64,000 nucleotides of DNA from Octopus bimaculoides (taxonomy: Eukaryota): contig NC_068987.1 in assembly GCF_001194135.2 (NCBI RefSeq), positions 2,380,378-2,444,377 of the forward strand, read 5' to 3'. Positions 37,025 to 50,804 of the stretch are shown piece by piece. Every line of letters starts with the position of its first letter. Positions within the stretch are counted from its first letter, which is position 1. Made by a program: the position numbers and the translations under genes. The notes under the pieces are model-generated. The model saw only the letters and a program-made list of their open reading frames with translations. It was not told where the DNA came from and made no database searches.

Positions 37025-38286
37025 ATTTATTGTGCTTCTAATTATTAATTTTTCTATATGTGAAATAGTTCTTGAAATTTGGTTATTTTCCCTAAAACTA
37101 TATATATATATAACTTTTATAAGTAATATTCTAAAAGAATATATAACTGAACTTATATTGAGTGCTCAATTATTTTGAGCAAATAAATGTGTGTATATGT
37201 TTTTATATCATTAATAAATTCATAAACTTATCAATAATATTCTCAGGAAATCAATATTTAATATTTCGAAAGATATATATCCAATATGACATGGTAATAT
37301 AATAAATTTAAAATTTTAAATATAAATATACGAAATATAAATATCAATATGTATAAAAATATGAATGNNNNNNNNNNNNNNNNNNNNNNNNNNNNNNNNN
37401 NNNNNNNNNNNNNNNNNNNNNNNNNNNNNNNNNNNNNNNNNNNNNNNNNNNNNNNNNNNNNNNNNNNNNNNNNNNNNNNNNNNNNNNNNNNNNNNNNNNN
37501 NNNNNNNNNNNNNNNNNNNNNNNNNNNNNNNNNNNNNNNNNNNNNNNNNNNNNNNNNNNNNNNNNNNNNNNNNNNNNNNNNNNNNNNNNNNNNNNNNNNN
37601 NNNNNNNNNNNNNNNNNNNNNNNNNNNNNNNNNNNNNNNNNNNNNNNNNNNNNNNNNNNNNNNNNNNNNNNNNNNNNNNNNNNNNNNNNNNNNNNNNNNN
37701 NNNNNNNNNNNNNNNNNNNNNNNNNNNNNNNNNNNNNNNNNNNNNNNNNNNNNNNNNNNNNNNNNNNNNNNNNNNNNNNNNNNNNNNNNNNNNNNNNNNN
37801 NNNNNNNNNNNNNNNNNNNNNNNNNNNNNNNNNNNNNNNNNNNNNNNNNNNNNNNNNNNNNNNNNNNNNNNNNNNNNNNNNNNNNNNNNNNNNNNNNNNN
37901 NNNNNNNNNNNNNNNNNNNNNNNNNNNNNNNNNNNNNNNNNNNNNNNNNNNNNNNNNNNNNNNNNNNNNNNNNNNNNNNNNNNNNNNNNNNNNNNNNNNN
38001 NNNNNNNNNNNNNNNNNNNNNNNNNNNNNNNNNNNNNNNNNNNNNNNNNNNNNNNNNNNNNNNNNNNNNNNNNNNNNNNNNNNNNNNNNNNNNNNNNNNN
38101 NNNNNNNNNNNNNNNNNNNNNNNNNNNNNNNNNNNNNNNNNNNNNNNNNNNNNNNNNNNNNNNNNNNNNNNNNNNNNNNNNNNNNNNNNNNNNNNNNNNN
38201 NNNNNNNNNNNNNNNNNNNNNNNNNNNNNNNNNNNNNNNNNNNNNNNNNNNNNNNNNNNNNNNNNNNNNNNNNNNNNNNNNNNNNN

Positions 38287-38331
<45 letters not shown>

Positions 38332-39045
38332 TAAACATCTTCTTTGATATAAAAGCATCGACACACACATACACATGCACACAGAAGAATACTGTGACAC
38401 AACTGATTGGGTTTGTCCCTCCCTTGGAGCCGTGCCATAAAACAAAATTGCAAAAAGAAAAGAAAACATGTCGTCGAGGCTTACTGTCAGATATGAAATA
38501 GCAATGTAGCGAGTGACAGAATTATGGGTAATATATCATAATGGATGCCGGGAAGAGAACTGGAAAGGGTGGCAGAGGGAGGGGGAGGGAATGAGAAAAC
38601 ACGCCAGAAGGAATCTTTGAAAGCGGGAATAAGGAAGGAAAGAGAGCAAAGAGGAAAGAAGATGTACGTGTGATTCTTTGCTGTAAATATGACAGTTTAA
38701 TGAGATTTGGTGAAGCCATTCTAAAATTCCGAATGCAACATTTTACAGCCTACTTGAAAAACATCGACACAAACAAACACATAATAAAATACAACATCGA
38801 CATCGACTCCCAATACTAGAGACTGCTGCTGCCCTCGCATAACGTTGCCTGTATAAGTATGTAGTATGTATTTGCATGTATGCGTATATATTTGTGTATT
38901 TATGTGAGAGTGTGTGTACATATTTACATACATATATGTGTGTGTGTATGTACTTATACATAAATGCTTATGCATAAATGAACGTATATATGTATATATA
39001 TATATATATATATTATATATACATATTTCATTCGGCTGCATGTGA

Positions 39046-39151
39046 CTTAAGTTTCGCGGGCATCTACAGAAGCTCGACTCTTTGAGGCTTAGATTCGATA
39101 ATCTAAGCCTGAACGAGACTGGCATCTGTTAGAGGACCGCGAAACTTTAAG
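39046..39151. repeat. Imperfect 106-bp palindromic element with a perfect 11-bp central hairpin
   Basis: Outer arms CTTAAGTTTCGCGG / CCGCGAAACTTTAAG. Central AGGCTTAGATT-CGAT-AATCTAAGCCT at 39085-39110. Confidence 0.8.
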
Positions 39152-39299
39152 TTGCATGGGACCAAAACAAACTGCTTTTTATGATACTACTTGTGACTCC
39201 TACAAAATCTGTTGAGTGTTTTTTTTTTCTTTTCGCTTGACCACTCACCCGTATGTATATATATAAAAGAATACAAAAAAAATGGGACAAGGACGCAAC

Positions 39300-39410
39300 A
39301 GGCGACAACAAAACATCCAGACAGTTAGATGATACAAAAAGGGACAAGAAGAAACCAGGACGGGTCATTCGGGGTTTTCTTTCCGCAGTCGATTTCCAGA
39401 TCATCTTTGA
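39300..39410 (+). mobile_element. Family G fragment (copy 2)
   Basis: Homologous to 2765-2860. Confidence 0.6.
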
Positions 39411-39414
39411 AGTT

Positions 39415-39521
<107 letters not shown>

Positions 39522-39880
39522 GTGTGTGTCTGTCTGTCTGTCTGCGTCTTTGCCTGTCTGTCTTCGCGCGAGCGTGTGTGTGAGTTTGGAGGGATATATT
39601 ACGACATCGTAACTGCTATTAGTTATCTTTGAATTCCTCCGATGGGTAATTCCATGTTCGCTTCGCAGGACGGTAATATTTGCAGTATATATTAGTAATA
39701 ACTCTATAGAGTATAGAGACTTGTTCATTCCCAAAATTTATTTTCTATTATTTCAGTTTTGTACACCATATTATAATGACGTGCACGTGTTTCCGCTGCA
39801 CAGACTACTGGCAATTGCAGATGCAACATGTCCCTAATATTTGGTGCAGTTTCTTCAGGGTCTATGCATTTGAATTCGCT

Positions 39881-39981
39881 TTATAAAGTGTCTTGCTCAA
39901 GAACGCAGCCCGGTCCGGGATTCGAACTCACAACCTTGCGATCGTAAGCTCAACGCTCTAACCACTGAGCCATGCGCCTTC
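39881..39981 (-). mobile_element. tRNA-derived SINE head (family C/D type), 3'-truncated
   Basis: Minus strand GGCGCATGGCTCAGTGGTTAGAGCG (A box)...GAGTTCGAATCCCGG (B box)...TTCTTGAGCAAGACACTTTA. Confidence 0.85.
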
Positions 39982-39991
39982 AGACACACAC

Positions 39992-40071
<80 letters not shown>

Positions 40072-40231
40072 GTACGAACAGATAGATAAATAGATAGATA
40101 TATATATTTTGCTATGTATATATATGCACACATATATATATATTACATATACATGCATACATACGTATATGTGTGTGTGTGTGTGCAAAGTATATTTTAA
40201 TTCAAACATCCTTCCCTGTTCCCTTCGCCAA

Positions 40232-40272
<41 letters not shown>

Positions 40273-40273
40273 C

Positions 40274-40352
<79 letters not shown>

Positions 40353-40869
40353 CAAACACACACATATACACACCTATTTATGCGTGTGTATATATTTGTT
40401 GGGGTGGAGAGAACACATAAATGTGAATAGGGAGAGAAAAGGGAGTACATGACCTGTAAACGTCTAGTCATTTCTGATGGTTTATTGGTAACTCAGCTCT
40501 TCGCAAATCGTTACAAAGAACTCGAGCCATTTCAAACATGTTCCTACTTTGGTAAACAGCAAAATAAAAAAAAAAAGCAAAGAGAAAGAATAAAATACCG
40601 GAAAAGTTCTTCTTTACTCCATCATTTAACATATTTACGCAATTCCAGAAAGAAATCCAAGTATCGTTGGACGAAATCAAAATTCTTTGTGGCATAAAAA
40701 TATATGACAAACTATTATTTAATGAAGCTACCAACATTTATGAAAAAATAAACCTGGCACCAGCACAGACAACGCCATATATCTAGAACTTACCATTCTT
40801 TATGTAGACAACTGAGAGGAACATTTAGCTACACACACACTCATACACACATACACACACGAGCGCACG

Positions 40870-40956
<87 letters not shown>

Positions 40957-41072
40957 CGACGGGCTTCAGTCTATCAAATTCACTTCCAAGGCATTGGCCA
41001 TTCTGGGGCTATTCCGAACTGAACCCGAAATCTCTTTGTTGCCGAACGAGCTTGTTAACAGCACAGTCATGC
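40957..41072 (-). mobile_element. SINE family A, degenerate 5' half with internal deletion
   Basis: CGACGGGCTTC..TCTATCAAATTCACTTCCAAGGCATTGGCC...ACTGAACCCGAAA. It adjoins a long (AC)n tract at the position of the internal microsatellite. Confidence 0.7.
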
Positions 41073-42544
41073 GGACATCTATTATTATTAAAACATGTAA
41101 AATCGTTTTCTTTGCGAATCAATAGTCAATAATAGGGTGGTTATTCAATATTCGTAACAGATCACTAGATTTACCCAGTTCGATATTATTGTAACTCTTC
41201 TTCTCTAAACTATGGTCCTTGGCCGAAACTATCTTGATTACGCACGCTAAGAAATCGACTTCGTTCGCTTCATCGCAGTGCTCCAGGAAAGATATATAAC
41301 CAAAACTTCGAAGTCAATCGATTAGATTACTATTTTTTCTGAAGACCTGATGTTCCAGTGTTATTATGCAATCAATTATCAACGTATCGATTATCGCGCA
41401 ACAAACTAGCATTTACAAGTGTAGCACGTGTAAAGGTTATGAAATTGAAGATGTTGTAAAGAAAAATGAGCTAAATTTCCTATTTCGTTCTGCTGTCGAG
41501 TGTATAGGAAAAGAGAGAGGGGGAGAGATTACGAGAGTTGCTGTGAGGTGTGTGTTATCATATTTAATACATGGCTCATTAATATCGAACAAGGAATAGA
41601 AATATGTGTGTGCTGAGTAGATGAATATTTTGGCGCTTGGGTGTTTTGTTGTGCTGGCTTTTGTTGTTGGGTCGGTGACTGAAAGTTTGTTTATTGGTCG
41701 TGTCGACCTATAGTCAACAAAAACAGTCCTAAAATGAAATTAATTGGTTTGTGGTGAGCAAAATCCTTAATCTAACTCCCTGTACAATTTCTCCCCAACC
41801 TTTTGTCTTTCCTAAGCATTAGGTATCGTTTATATTTGCCTCTATTTAGTATTTAGATCTGCTACCAATGATTTAGGGGGTCCGCATAGTTTTTTTTTTT
41901 TTTGTATTTTCTTAACTATGAACAATAAATTGTATTCTTCACCTGATTCCCTGACCGAAGATTCTTAGAGCGTTTCGCCCTGGGATTAAATTACACTTTG
42001 ACCTCTACTCACTTGATATATTCAGTGACCCAGTAAGGAGCGCCGTTAAGGGGTTAGGGGATTGAAATTCCTGCATGACACGTATTAGGTTTCTGACCAA
42101 CATTTCAACACATCCTCGACAATTAGTTTACACACCTCTACTTATTATGTAGCCTACATCTTTGTACTCAACATTAGTCTATACACGTTGACAGTTATTG
42201 CGTTGAGTCAAAAGTTTTGTCATATTTTGGTAAATCTTTTCGGTTTATTTGTCAAATTACAAACAAAAACAGCCCAGCAGTCAAAGTAGAGGCCATCGTG
42301 TTGCACCGTCTGAAGTCACCTTTCGGCCAGTTCTTTGGTTCCATGCTGATACCAGTTCTTTTGTTTCGGGCATATGGCGTAGTGGTAAAGAGCACGGGCT
42401 ATAGATATAGTCATGAATTTATTTACATGCACCAACACATTTGATACACATATATAGAGAACACATGTAAAGATATCTAATTCACATGTGTGTACATATT
42501 TTTATTAAACCAAAGTTACTGAAAAATACACATATCACTATACA

Positions 42545-42595
<51 letters not shown>

Positions 42596-42781
42596 GTATA
42601 GCAAACACATTGTGTCCATCTATACGCCACACACACACACACAAGGCATGCACACACAGTACACACACACACGGGGTGGGAAGTATGAAAATGTAATGTC
42701 ATGTGTAACATATAAAACTTGATTTATTACGTGTAAACAAGAATGGCTTTACCCACCAACCTACATAAACACTCACACTAT

Positions 42782-42817
<36 letters not shown>

Positions 42818-43210
42818 GTGAAGTGACTGAATGCTAAAAATAAACGACGTTGCAGTTGGTTTCGTGATATTGTTTAAAGTGTTCTCACGAATGCTCGGAT
42901 ATTTATATAAAGTGGATCTGAATTTAGACAAAGTAGCTGAAAGAGAGGGAAAGAGGGAGAGGGAGAGGGAGAGGGAAAGAGAGGAGGAAAGAGAGGGGCA
43001 GGCAGGCAGGCAGACAGACTGGTTGATAGAAGAGGTGGGAAGATTGAAAATTGTAAAGACATTACAGAGGGCATCGATATAAATTTAATTCATACATATG
43101 TCTGCACGGGACCGTCTTATTTATAGACGCAGCTGTATAATATAGTGCATACACACACACATGTACAAACACGTATATACACACACACGTATACGTATGA
43201 TCATATATAT

Positions 43211-43380
43211 GCGCAGGTGTGGCTGTGTGGAAAGAAGTTTGTTTGTCAACCACATGGTTCCGAGTTCAGTCTCTGTGGCACTCTGAGCAAGTGTTTTCTA
43301 CTACAGCCTAACCCTAACCCTAACCCTGACCAAAGCCTTGTGAGTGGATTTGGTAGACGGAAACTGAAAGAACCCCATCA
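43211..43380 (+). mobile_element. SINE family A, 5' half, carrying a (CCCTAA)n insert
   Basis: GCGCAGGTGTGGCTGTGTGG...CAACCACATGGTTCCGAGTTCAGTC...GACCAAAGCCTTGTGAGTGGATTTGGTAGACGGAAACTGAAAGAACCCC. CCTAACCCTAACCCTAACCCT lies at 43307-43327. Confidence 0.92.
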
Positions 43381-43386
43381 GATATA

Positions 43387-43433
<47 letters not shown>

Positions 43434-43778
43434 ATAGGTCTAAGAAATTCCATTCGGGCGATAAAATTGAAAGACCCTTCAGAGTGCTTCAGTACCGAGC
43501 TAAGAAGAAACTTTACATTTGTGAACCAAATTAAAAATCACAAACTGAGCTTATCGATATATTAGGAATCGACCCGAATAAAGCAGAAATCTGTCCTTGT
43601 CAACATGCCTATCCATCGGAGAAGACATGAGCCTAAAAAAAAAAAAAAACATGGNNNNNNNNNNATGAAGGTACAAGACTTCAGATGAAGGTACAAGACT
43701 TCAAGGCTCAAAACTTTTCATACACTCTTCGTACATACATGCATACATACATACATACATACATACATACATCTAGTG

Positions 43779-43809
<31 letters not shown>

Positions 43810-44555
43810 TAAAATTTAACCCATCGCTCAGCCTAATGTCTCAGCTTCCATGCATGACAAATGTCTGTTTATATATGAATGTTTACGTTTGTGATTTATA
43901 TATTTCTATTCTTTTGCCTACTTTCTATTTATTTATTTATTTATTTATTTATTTATATACGTACATTTAAACGCATAGGTACATATGAGATGCTCATACA
44001 TACATCATACATGCAGAGACATACATACACTCACACAAACATATACACAGATCTATGCATAGCCATACAGAGATATAGAGAGGTGAACTAACGCTAAGTT
44101 TACATATTCAAAATATACAAGACTTCTCTGATATTCACTGTTGGTGTTATTTAAATTCCAGAAATGGGTCTTTGTTTCTTTGTGAGAAACCAATTCATTC
44201 TTTACAGCAAGAATTCAAAGAATTATTTTTAAAAAAAGATTAAGAAACTGGTACTGTTTGTGTTTCTGTCTCCGTTTTTGTTTGTCTACTTTGTTTGTTT
44301 ATTCCCATTGAACACCTTGGTGTATCTGTACAGTTTTTATTCACACTCCAAATGTACAAAAGTCAAATATTTACAGCTCTCTCGTTTCGATATTCTAATC
44401 ATATTTAGAAAATAAACAAACCTCAATGATAGACATACGCACATATACATATAGAAATAAACACACAGAGGCACAGCCATACAAAGGAGTACATCGAGGA
44501 AGAAAACATTACACATATGCATACGCATGAACAGAACAGCAACGTAAATACCGAA

Positions 44556-44704
44556 ATCCAACTTAACGTGAATGTTGTGTTAGAAAACCGAATAACGCGT
44601 TATTTACTTTGAGAAGACCTCTCTTATGAACGCATATGCGAGGTCTTCTCAAGGTAAACACCGCATTATTCGGTGTTCTAGCACAAATCCACGTCAAGTT
44701 GGAT
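44556..44704. repeat. Inverted (fold-back) repeat, about 66-bp arms, 18-nt spacer
   Basis: 44556-44621 versus the reverse complement of 44640-44704 shows 8 substitutions and 1 indel by hand. The inner TTGAGAAGACCTC / GAGGTCTTCTCAA is perfect. Confidence 0.92.
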
Positions 44705-45171
44705 GTAAAGTTTGCCATTTGGTGTTGATATTGGTGTAAATATTGCTTCTGTCGCTATTAATCATTTAAAAATTACTACCTTGATTAGACTCCTCCCATT
44801 CACCGATAGGAATAGAATTAACGTGTGTGTATAGGTGAACGCATAAACAGTTTCAAAGTGTGGTGGGTTACAATGATGCATCGTAGAGAATAACTCCTCA
44901 TAGGAGAGAAAATTAATCATGGCTTGTAGCAGGTTGGCCGCACAAAACACCGTCAAGTGCGTCCTGGTATCTGCAGTTCAAGTGGACTGTGTCAGGGAGA
45001 TCTTAAAGACTTCCAAAGAAGCGGTCCGTGTCGAGGACCATGTCCTGCAGCACCAATACTTCCTGATGCCGGACATACAAAATTCCTGCAGTCAATTCTC
45101 ATTTACTATCGCTTGACACTACTTTTCTACTTCGATATTCCAGGACAAGATCGGAACCGCTCTTCAAAAGT

Positions 45172-45424
45172 GTAAAAATCCCATTCGGTCATGAATGACC
45201 ATGGGATTGCGCCTAGAATGTTAGCTTCCGAGGCACAAGTCTGGGCAAGGTTGTTTATGGAAGACCAGTAGTCACCCAAGCATACCAGCCTCTCCCTCTC
45301 TATGCCACTGCTATTCTCCAAGGCAAAGGCAAAGGGGCTGATACAGCTTGGCATCAGTGACGTCACAACTCATTTCTACAGCTGAGTTAACTGGAGCAAC
45401 GTAAAATAAAGTGTCTTGCTCAAG
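45172..45424 (-). mobile_element. SINE family C, head missing
   Basis: Reverse complement of 53822-54050: CTTGAGCAAGACACTTTATTTTACGTTGCTCCAG...CAATCCCATGGTCATTCATGACCGAA. Confidence 0.9.
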
Positions 45425-45568
45425 TATATTAAGTATATTCCCACGATCTCTACTGACCAGTCATAAACAAGTTTCTTCAAATCACATTCTACAATAGGAA
45501 AATGCATGAGAACCACAACTTCCTTAAGCCATTTTTATTCAAATTACTACTACTACAGCGAGAGAGAG

Positions 45569-45620
<52 letters not shown>

Positions 45621-45682
45621 GGAGAGTAGGAGAGGGGCAAAAGAGAGAGACAGGCACACATATGGTGGTGGTGGTGGTGGTG

Positions 45683-45713
<31 letters not shown>

Positions 45714-46311
45714 CTAACAACACTGTTTTCAGTTTCTCCTCTCCGCCCAATGTATTTCGAGATTACACAAAGCGACTGACTGTTTCCCGTGGCAACCACA
45801 CCGAGGACTGCCTTTGCCGTTCCCGTTCCTCTAGAGACGCGGAAATGTTGAAGATATTTGTCGTAAACAAATGCGGTTTAAACGAGCATAGGGGTGGAGG
45901 GGAGGGGCTCAGTATTTTACTACAGCAAAATCACCCCCACTCACACCCCACTCCTCTATTCCACCCCCAGACCACCCTAATCCACTCCAGTCCAGCCCAT
46001 CCCACCGTCTACCCCGGGTGTCATTGATCTACATCCAGGTCAAGTGTTCGACTTTCATCTAAGACTCTCAAATGATTTATTTCGTTTCGAGATTAATTGC
46101 TTTTTAGCTCTCATCTTATTCCATATCTTGTCTACTTCTGGGTTGGGTGTCTCTGTCAACCTCTCTACCCCCGACCAACACCAGCAACAGTGAGGGGGGT
46201 GGGAGGGGGGAATGAAAAGGTAGTTCAGGCCCTATCATGGTTACACGTCACCTGTCAGTGGATAGTTTTGCCTGTTGGCTGGTTGTTGCCCGCTTGCCTC
46301 ACAACCACTAC

Positions 46312-47280
<969 letters not shown>

Positions 47281-47747
47281 GAAGGGGACAGAACTGGTTA
47301 TGAATCTTATCCCTGGTCACGTGTCAATGTAATGAGTGCATTTAAATTAGGCGTTTCCTTCACTACTAATCACTTTCCGACGACCACCACCACCGAAGGA
47401 CGGATGGAGTAAACGAATAGAAGATAAGTAATGAGTGTGGGAGGGGAGAGAGGGTTGTGGTTATTGAGGAAGAGAGTGAGCAAGAAGAAATAGAGAGAGA
47501 GTGAGGGGAGATATTTACCAAACGCTGTTCCCGATAAGTCAATATAGTGTAGGTATCTAGGTTGAGTGTCTCGCCACCGTTGACTCACCACCACCACCAC
47601 CATGGCTGAGTGCGAGGGGGGAGAGGCGGAAATTGGGTGACCACCTTCTCACTCCCTTATATACGGCATGTTTATGCACGTATAACTGCACATACATGTA
47701 CATGCGCACACACCTACTGCTGTATATACATCGATACATAAATGTGA

Positions 47748-47779
<32 letters not shown>

Positions 47780-48199
47780 ATACGTATATGCATGTATATA
47801 CTCATGTTTAGGTGTGTGCGTGCGTGTGTATGTATCTCGTGTGTGTGTGCATGTATATAACAAAACGAAAACACATACACACTCTTACAGGTGCACATAT
47901 TCTCACAACCAAGAATTCTTCAGGTTTGACATTGCATGATTAAGACAATCTGATATTTTTGAGACAAGGAGACATCGGTGTTTCTTCCTCAACAGGCGTC
48001 ATCAGCTCACCTATTGTCTTCTACCTTATCTTCAGCAGACGTGACACATAGATACATACAAAATAGAACAGAACACATGACCAAGATAAATTGTATGCGT
48101 ATGTGTGTGAGTTTGTGTATGCGTTTGTGTGTGTGTTTAAGGAATTCTTTTACATTCTTATACGGTTCATTACTACCGCTAAACACCTCCTCCTACTGA

Positions 48200-48322
48200 T
48201 TCCAAATTTTGGCCCCTGGACAGCAATTTCCAGGGAGCACTAAGTCGATTACATCGACTCCAGGGCTCACCCAGTACTTATTTCATCGTTTCCGAAAGAA
48301 TAAAAGGCAAGGTCGACCTGGG
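48200..48322 (-). mobile_element. SINE family B variant, truncated
   Basis: AAGTCGATTACATCGACTCCAG...GTACTTATTTCATCG...CCGAAAGAATAAAAGGCAAGGTCGACC. Confidence 0.75.
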
Positions 48323-48726
48323 ATACAAAGTGTGTCCCGGGCATTTGTGTTTGCTGAAAAGAAGGAAGGACATCTGCTGAGCCGATGACTTATTGTATTT
48401 ATGTGCGTGAAATACGACAGCACTTCCGCACGCCTGCACCTGCAAGTGCTGCATGTGTTTGGAGGTGGGTTTATTGGAGAATGACTATCTTAAATGTGTA
48501 TCATATTACAGGTATGATATTACTGCAGATAGTCAAAACTAGACAACAAATAGCGAGACAAACAGTAGACAATATTCTGAAGTGAAATGATTTCAACAAT
48601 AGAAGGGAGAGATGAGATAAAACATGGTTAAAGCCAAGAATAATATGATGATAGCCAGAACTGGAGGCTGCACAAAACATTGAGATATACAATGACAGGA
48701 AAATCCTTTAACCAGTCCTCTCTTTG

Positions 48727-48807
<81 letters not shown>

Positions 48808-49075
48808 CACAAATCGTCCACACTTTATCCATATTTCATATTTCCTTCTGCATTCTTTATTCACATTGCGCTCGGAGGTACGCCCTCACCACCGCTTTTC
48901 TCCTTAACTGGAAAAGTTGGGCTTCTTCTCTTCAGCAAAAAAAAAACAACACTTTTTGATGCCTCTATCATACTTTACCCTCTCATCACCTGGCATAAAG
49001 CTACGTCTCTCAATTCTGCACCCGCTCTTTGTTGAGGGGTGGGGTTGTCATGCAAGTTACTTCGTTACTTCATTA

Positions 49076-49256
49076 GTGCCGGTAACTCGCAAAAGGTACA
49101 CACTACACTCTGTGATGTGGTTGGTGTGAAGAAGGGCACCCAGCCGTAGAATCCATGCCAGGACAGACGGTGGTGGTACACAGTGCAGTTCTCTGGTTCG
49201 TTGGTTCTAATCAAACCTACACCTGCAAGGAAAGCAGACGTTAAATGATGATAATG
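49076..49256 (+). mobile_element. 3' part of SINE-like family H with (GAT)n tail
   Basis: CACTACACTCTGTGATGTGGTTGG...GAAGGGCACCCAGCCGTAGAATCCATGCC...GCAGACGTTAAATGATGAT. The AAGGGCA.CCAGC.GTA...GACGTTAAA.GATGAT tail resembles RTE-type 3' ends (recalled, not verified). Confidence 0.65.
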
Positions 49257-49355
49257 AAGAGAAGGAGCAGGAGGCAGAAGAGGAGGGGAAGCATTTCGAT
49301 GATGATAATGATGACGATGGTGATGATGATGATGATGATGATGATACACATAAAT

Positions 49356-49410
<55 letters not shown>

Positions 49411-49447
49411 CCTCTGAGGAGAACGTTATTACGTTCGCAACTTAAGG
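49411..49447 (+). ncRNA. Degenerate minimal hammerhead-like motif
   Basis: CCT-CTGAGGA-GAACGT-TATT-ACGTTC-GCAA-CTT-A-AGG: stem I CCT/AGG, perfect 6-bp stem II, and two deviations from the expected core (GCAA for GAAA, ACTT for ACGT). Confidence 0.35.
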
Positions 49448-50355
49448 CTGATCATTTTTTCAATTTTTGGAGAAATATTAAAATTCGCTCTGTTGGTACG
49501 TCTCCTCCGTAGTAGACGAACAAACAGCAAATTATTTCAGTACTAATGTTGCTATTCAACTATACAAAAGCATCGTACCTGACAGAAACTCTTGGCTCTG
49601 TAATGAATAATTAATCTGAACTATTTACAGATTTTATTGCAATCCCTAATTGTCAATGTGACAGCGCCATATTTCAATGTGTGACATATTCTTGTAATGG
49701 TTACAGTCGTACACCTGATAATTAGTGTTCAGTGTGAATCAGTAGACCGTGAATATATCACAGGGATTTGATAGGCCCACCTGCGGCCCCTAGACATCTG
49801 GTTGAATGACTTAGAAAGTGCAGTATAGTAATTAGTGGCAGCATCGCCCTCTCCACCGCCGCCACAACATAAACTGAACATGAAATCACTCAAACCTCGG
49901 TCATTTCTATTTAGCTGCTGTATTTCCTTGCACAGAAAATGCACATTTTTTATCAACAAAAATTCCTTTAAAATAAGCAGCATCTTCTCCAATGCTAGTT
50001 GAGAATTGCAGGAGATTTGAAGATCAGTAAACCAAGATCTAGATTGCCATTGTTTATTCCGCTATGTTCATGAGATTTTCGTTGGTTTGCCCCTCAATTT
50101 CCCCTGAAAACAGGCATTTAGTCTGGGCGCACCGAGCATTAAGCGATCGTTTGAAAGATCCTTTAGCAAGCATAAAAGTTTTGGTTTTTATAGAACAACG
50201 TTTGGGAAAATAAAACGTTTTTGACAATTTAGCGTATATCATACCCCAAAATATGGTATCTCTCACCACACACAACCGCTGTCTCTCAGAGGCGTTGTCC
50301 ACTCTCATTAGATCTCTCTCCCCCTCCCGCTTTCCATCCCTCATTCTCTTCATCT

Positions 50356-50461
<106 letters not shown>

Positions 50462-50645
50462 GTCTCTCTCACTCACTCTTTACCTACCTGAATTACCACT
50501 TCTACAAATAAATACAAACTTCTTACCTGCTCAAATATGCTTGAGAGACATTCGAACCTGCAAGAATGTTCTTCACTGTATTTTGTCAGAGAGAACATTT
50601 CTCACTGTAGACAAATGGGTGTAATAACACCGAGTCAGCGTACAG

Positions 50646-50804
50646 ACCCTGCTAAACAGTCTGTAGAACGCATTCATTTCGGAATGGTTATCTCTTCTTC
50701 AGCAGCAGAGATCTGAAAGCCAAACGCTGCGAACTGACACGAGAGACAGGTCCCGTTTATGATATTTCCGTTATCGTTTAATGATTGGTTGCGCTATTCA
50801 ACGG
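50646..50804 (-). mobile_element. Second copy of the 5849-5986 repeat, opposite orientation, with about 19-bp insertion
   Basis: See 5849-5986. The minus strand has CTGAAGA...TTCC-GAAA-TGA at about 50668-50706. Confidence 0.65.

Noticed and set aside
39881-39981. Possible tRNA gene (A and B boxes present)
   Set aside because: The anticodon and acceptor stems do not pair, and it continues into the SINE core TTCTTGAGCAAGACACTT. The same applies to heads at 5660-5724, 42371-42400 and 53744-53810.
43665-43703. 20-bp tandem duplication ATGAAGGTACAAGACTTCA
   Set aside because: It directly abuts a 10-N gap and is likely a contig-end artefact.
44880-45120. GC-richer segment with ORFs 44919-45116 and 44957-45175
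   Set aside because: No recognisable domain in any of six frames and no convincing splice sites. It is possibly an unidentified TE remnant.
45782-45796. RFX X-box-like GTTTCCCGTGGCAAC
   Set aside because: Non-canonical 3-nt spacer and no identifiable promoter or gene nearby.
47988-48032. 45-nt exon candidate encoding a hydrophobic peptide (GVISSPIVFYLIFSR)
   Set aside because: The acceptor is good but the donor GAC/GTGACA is poor, and no family assignment is supportable.
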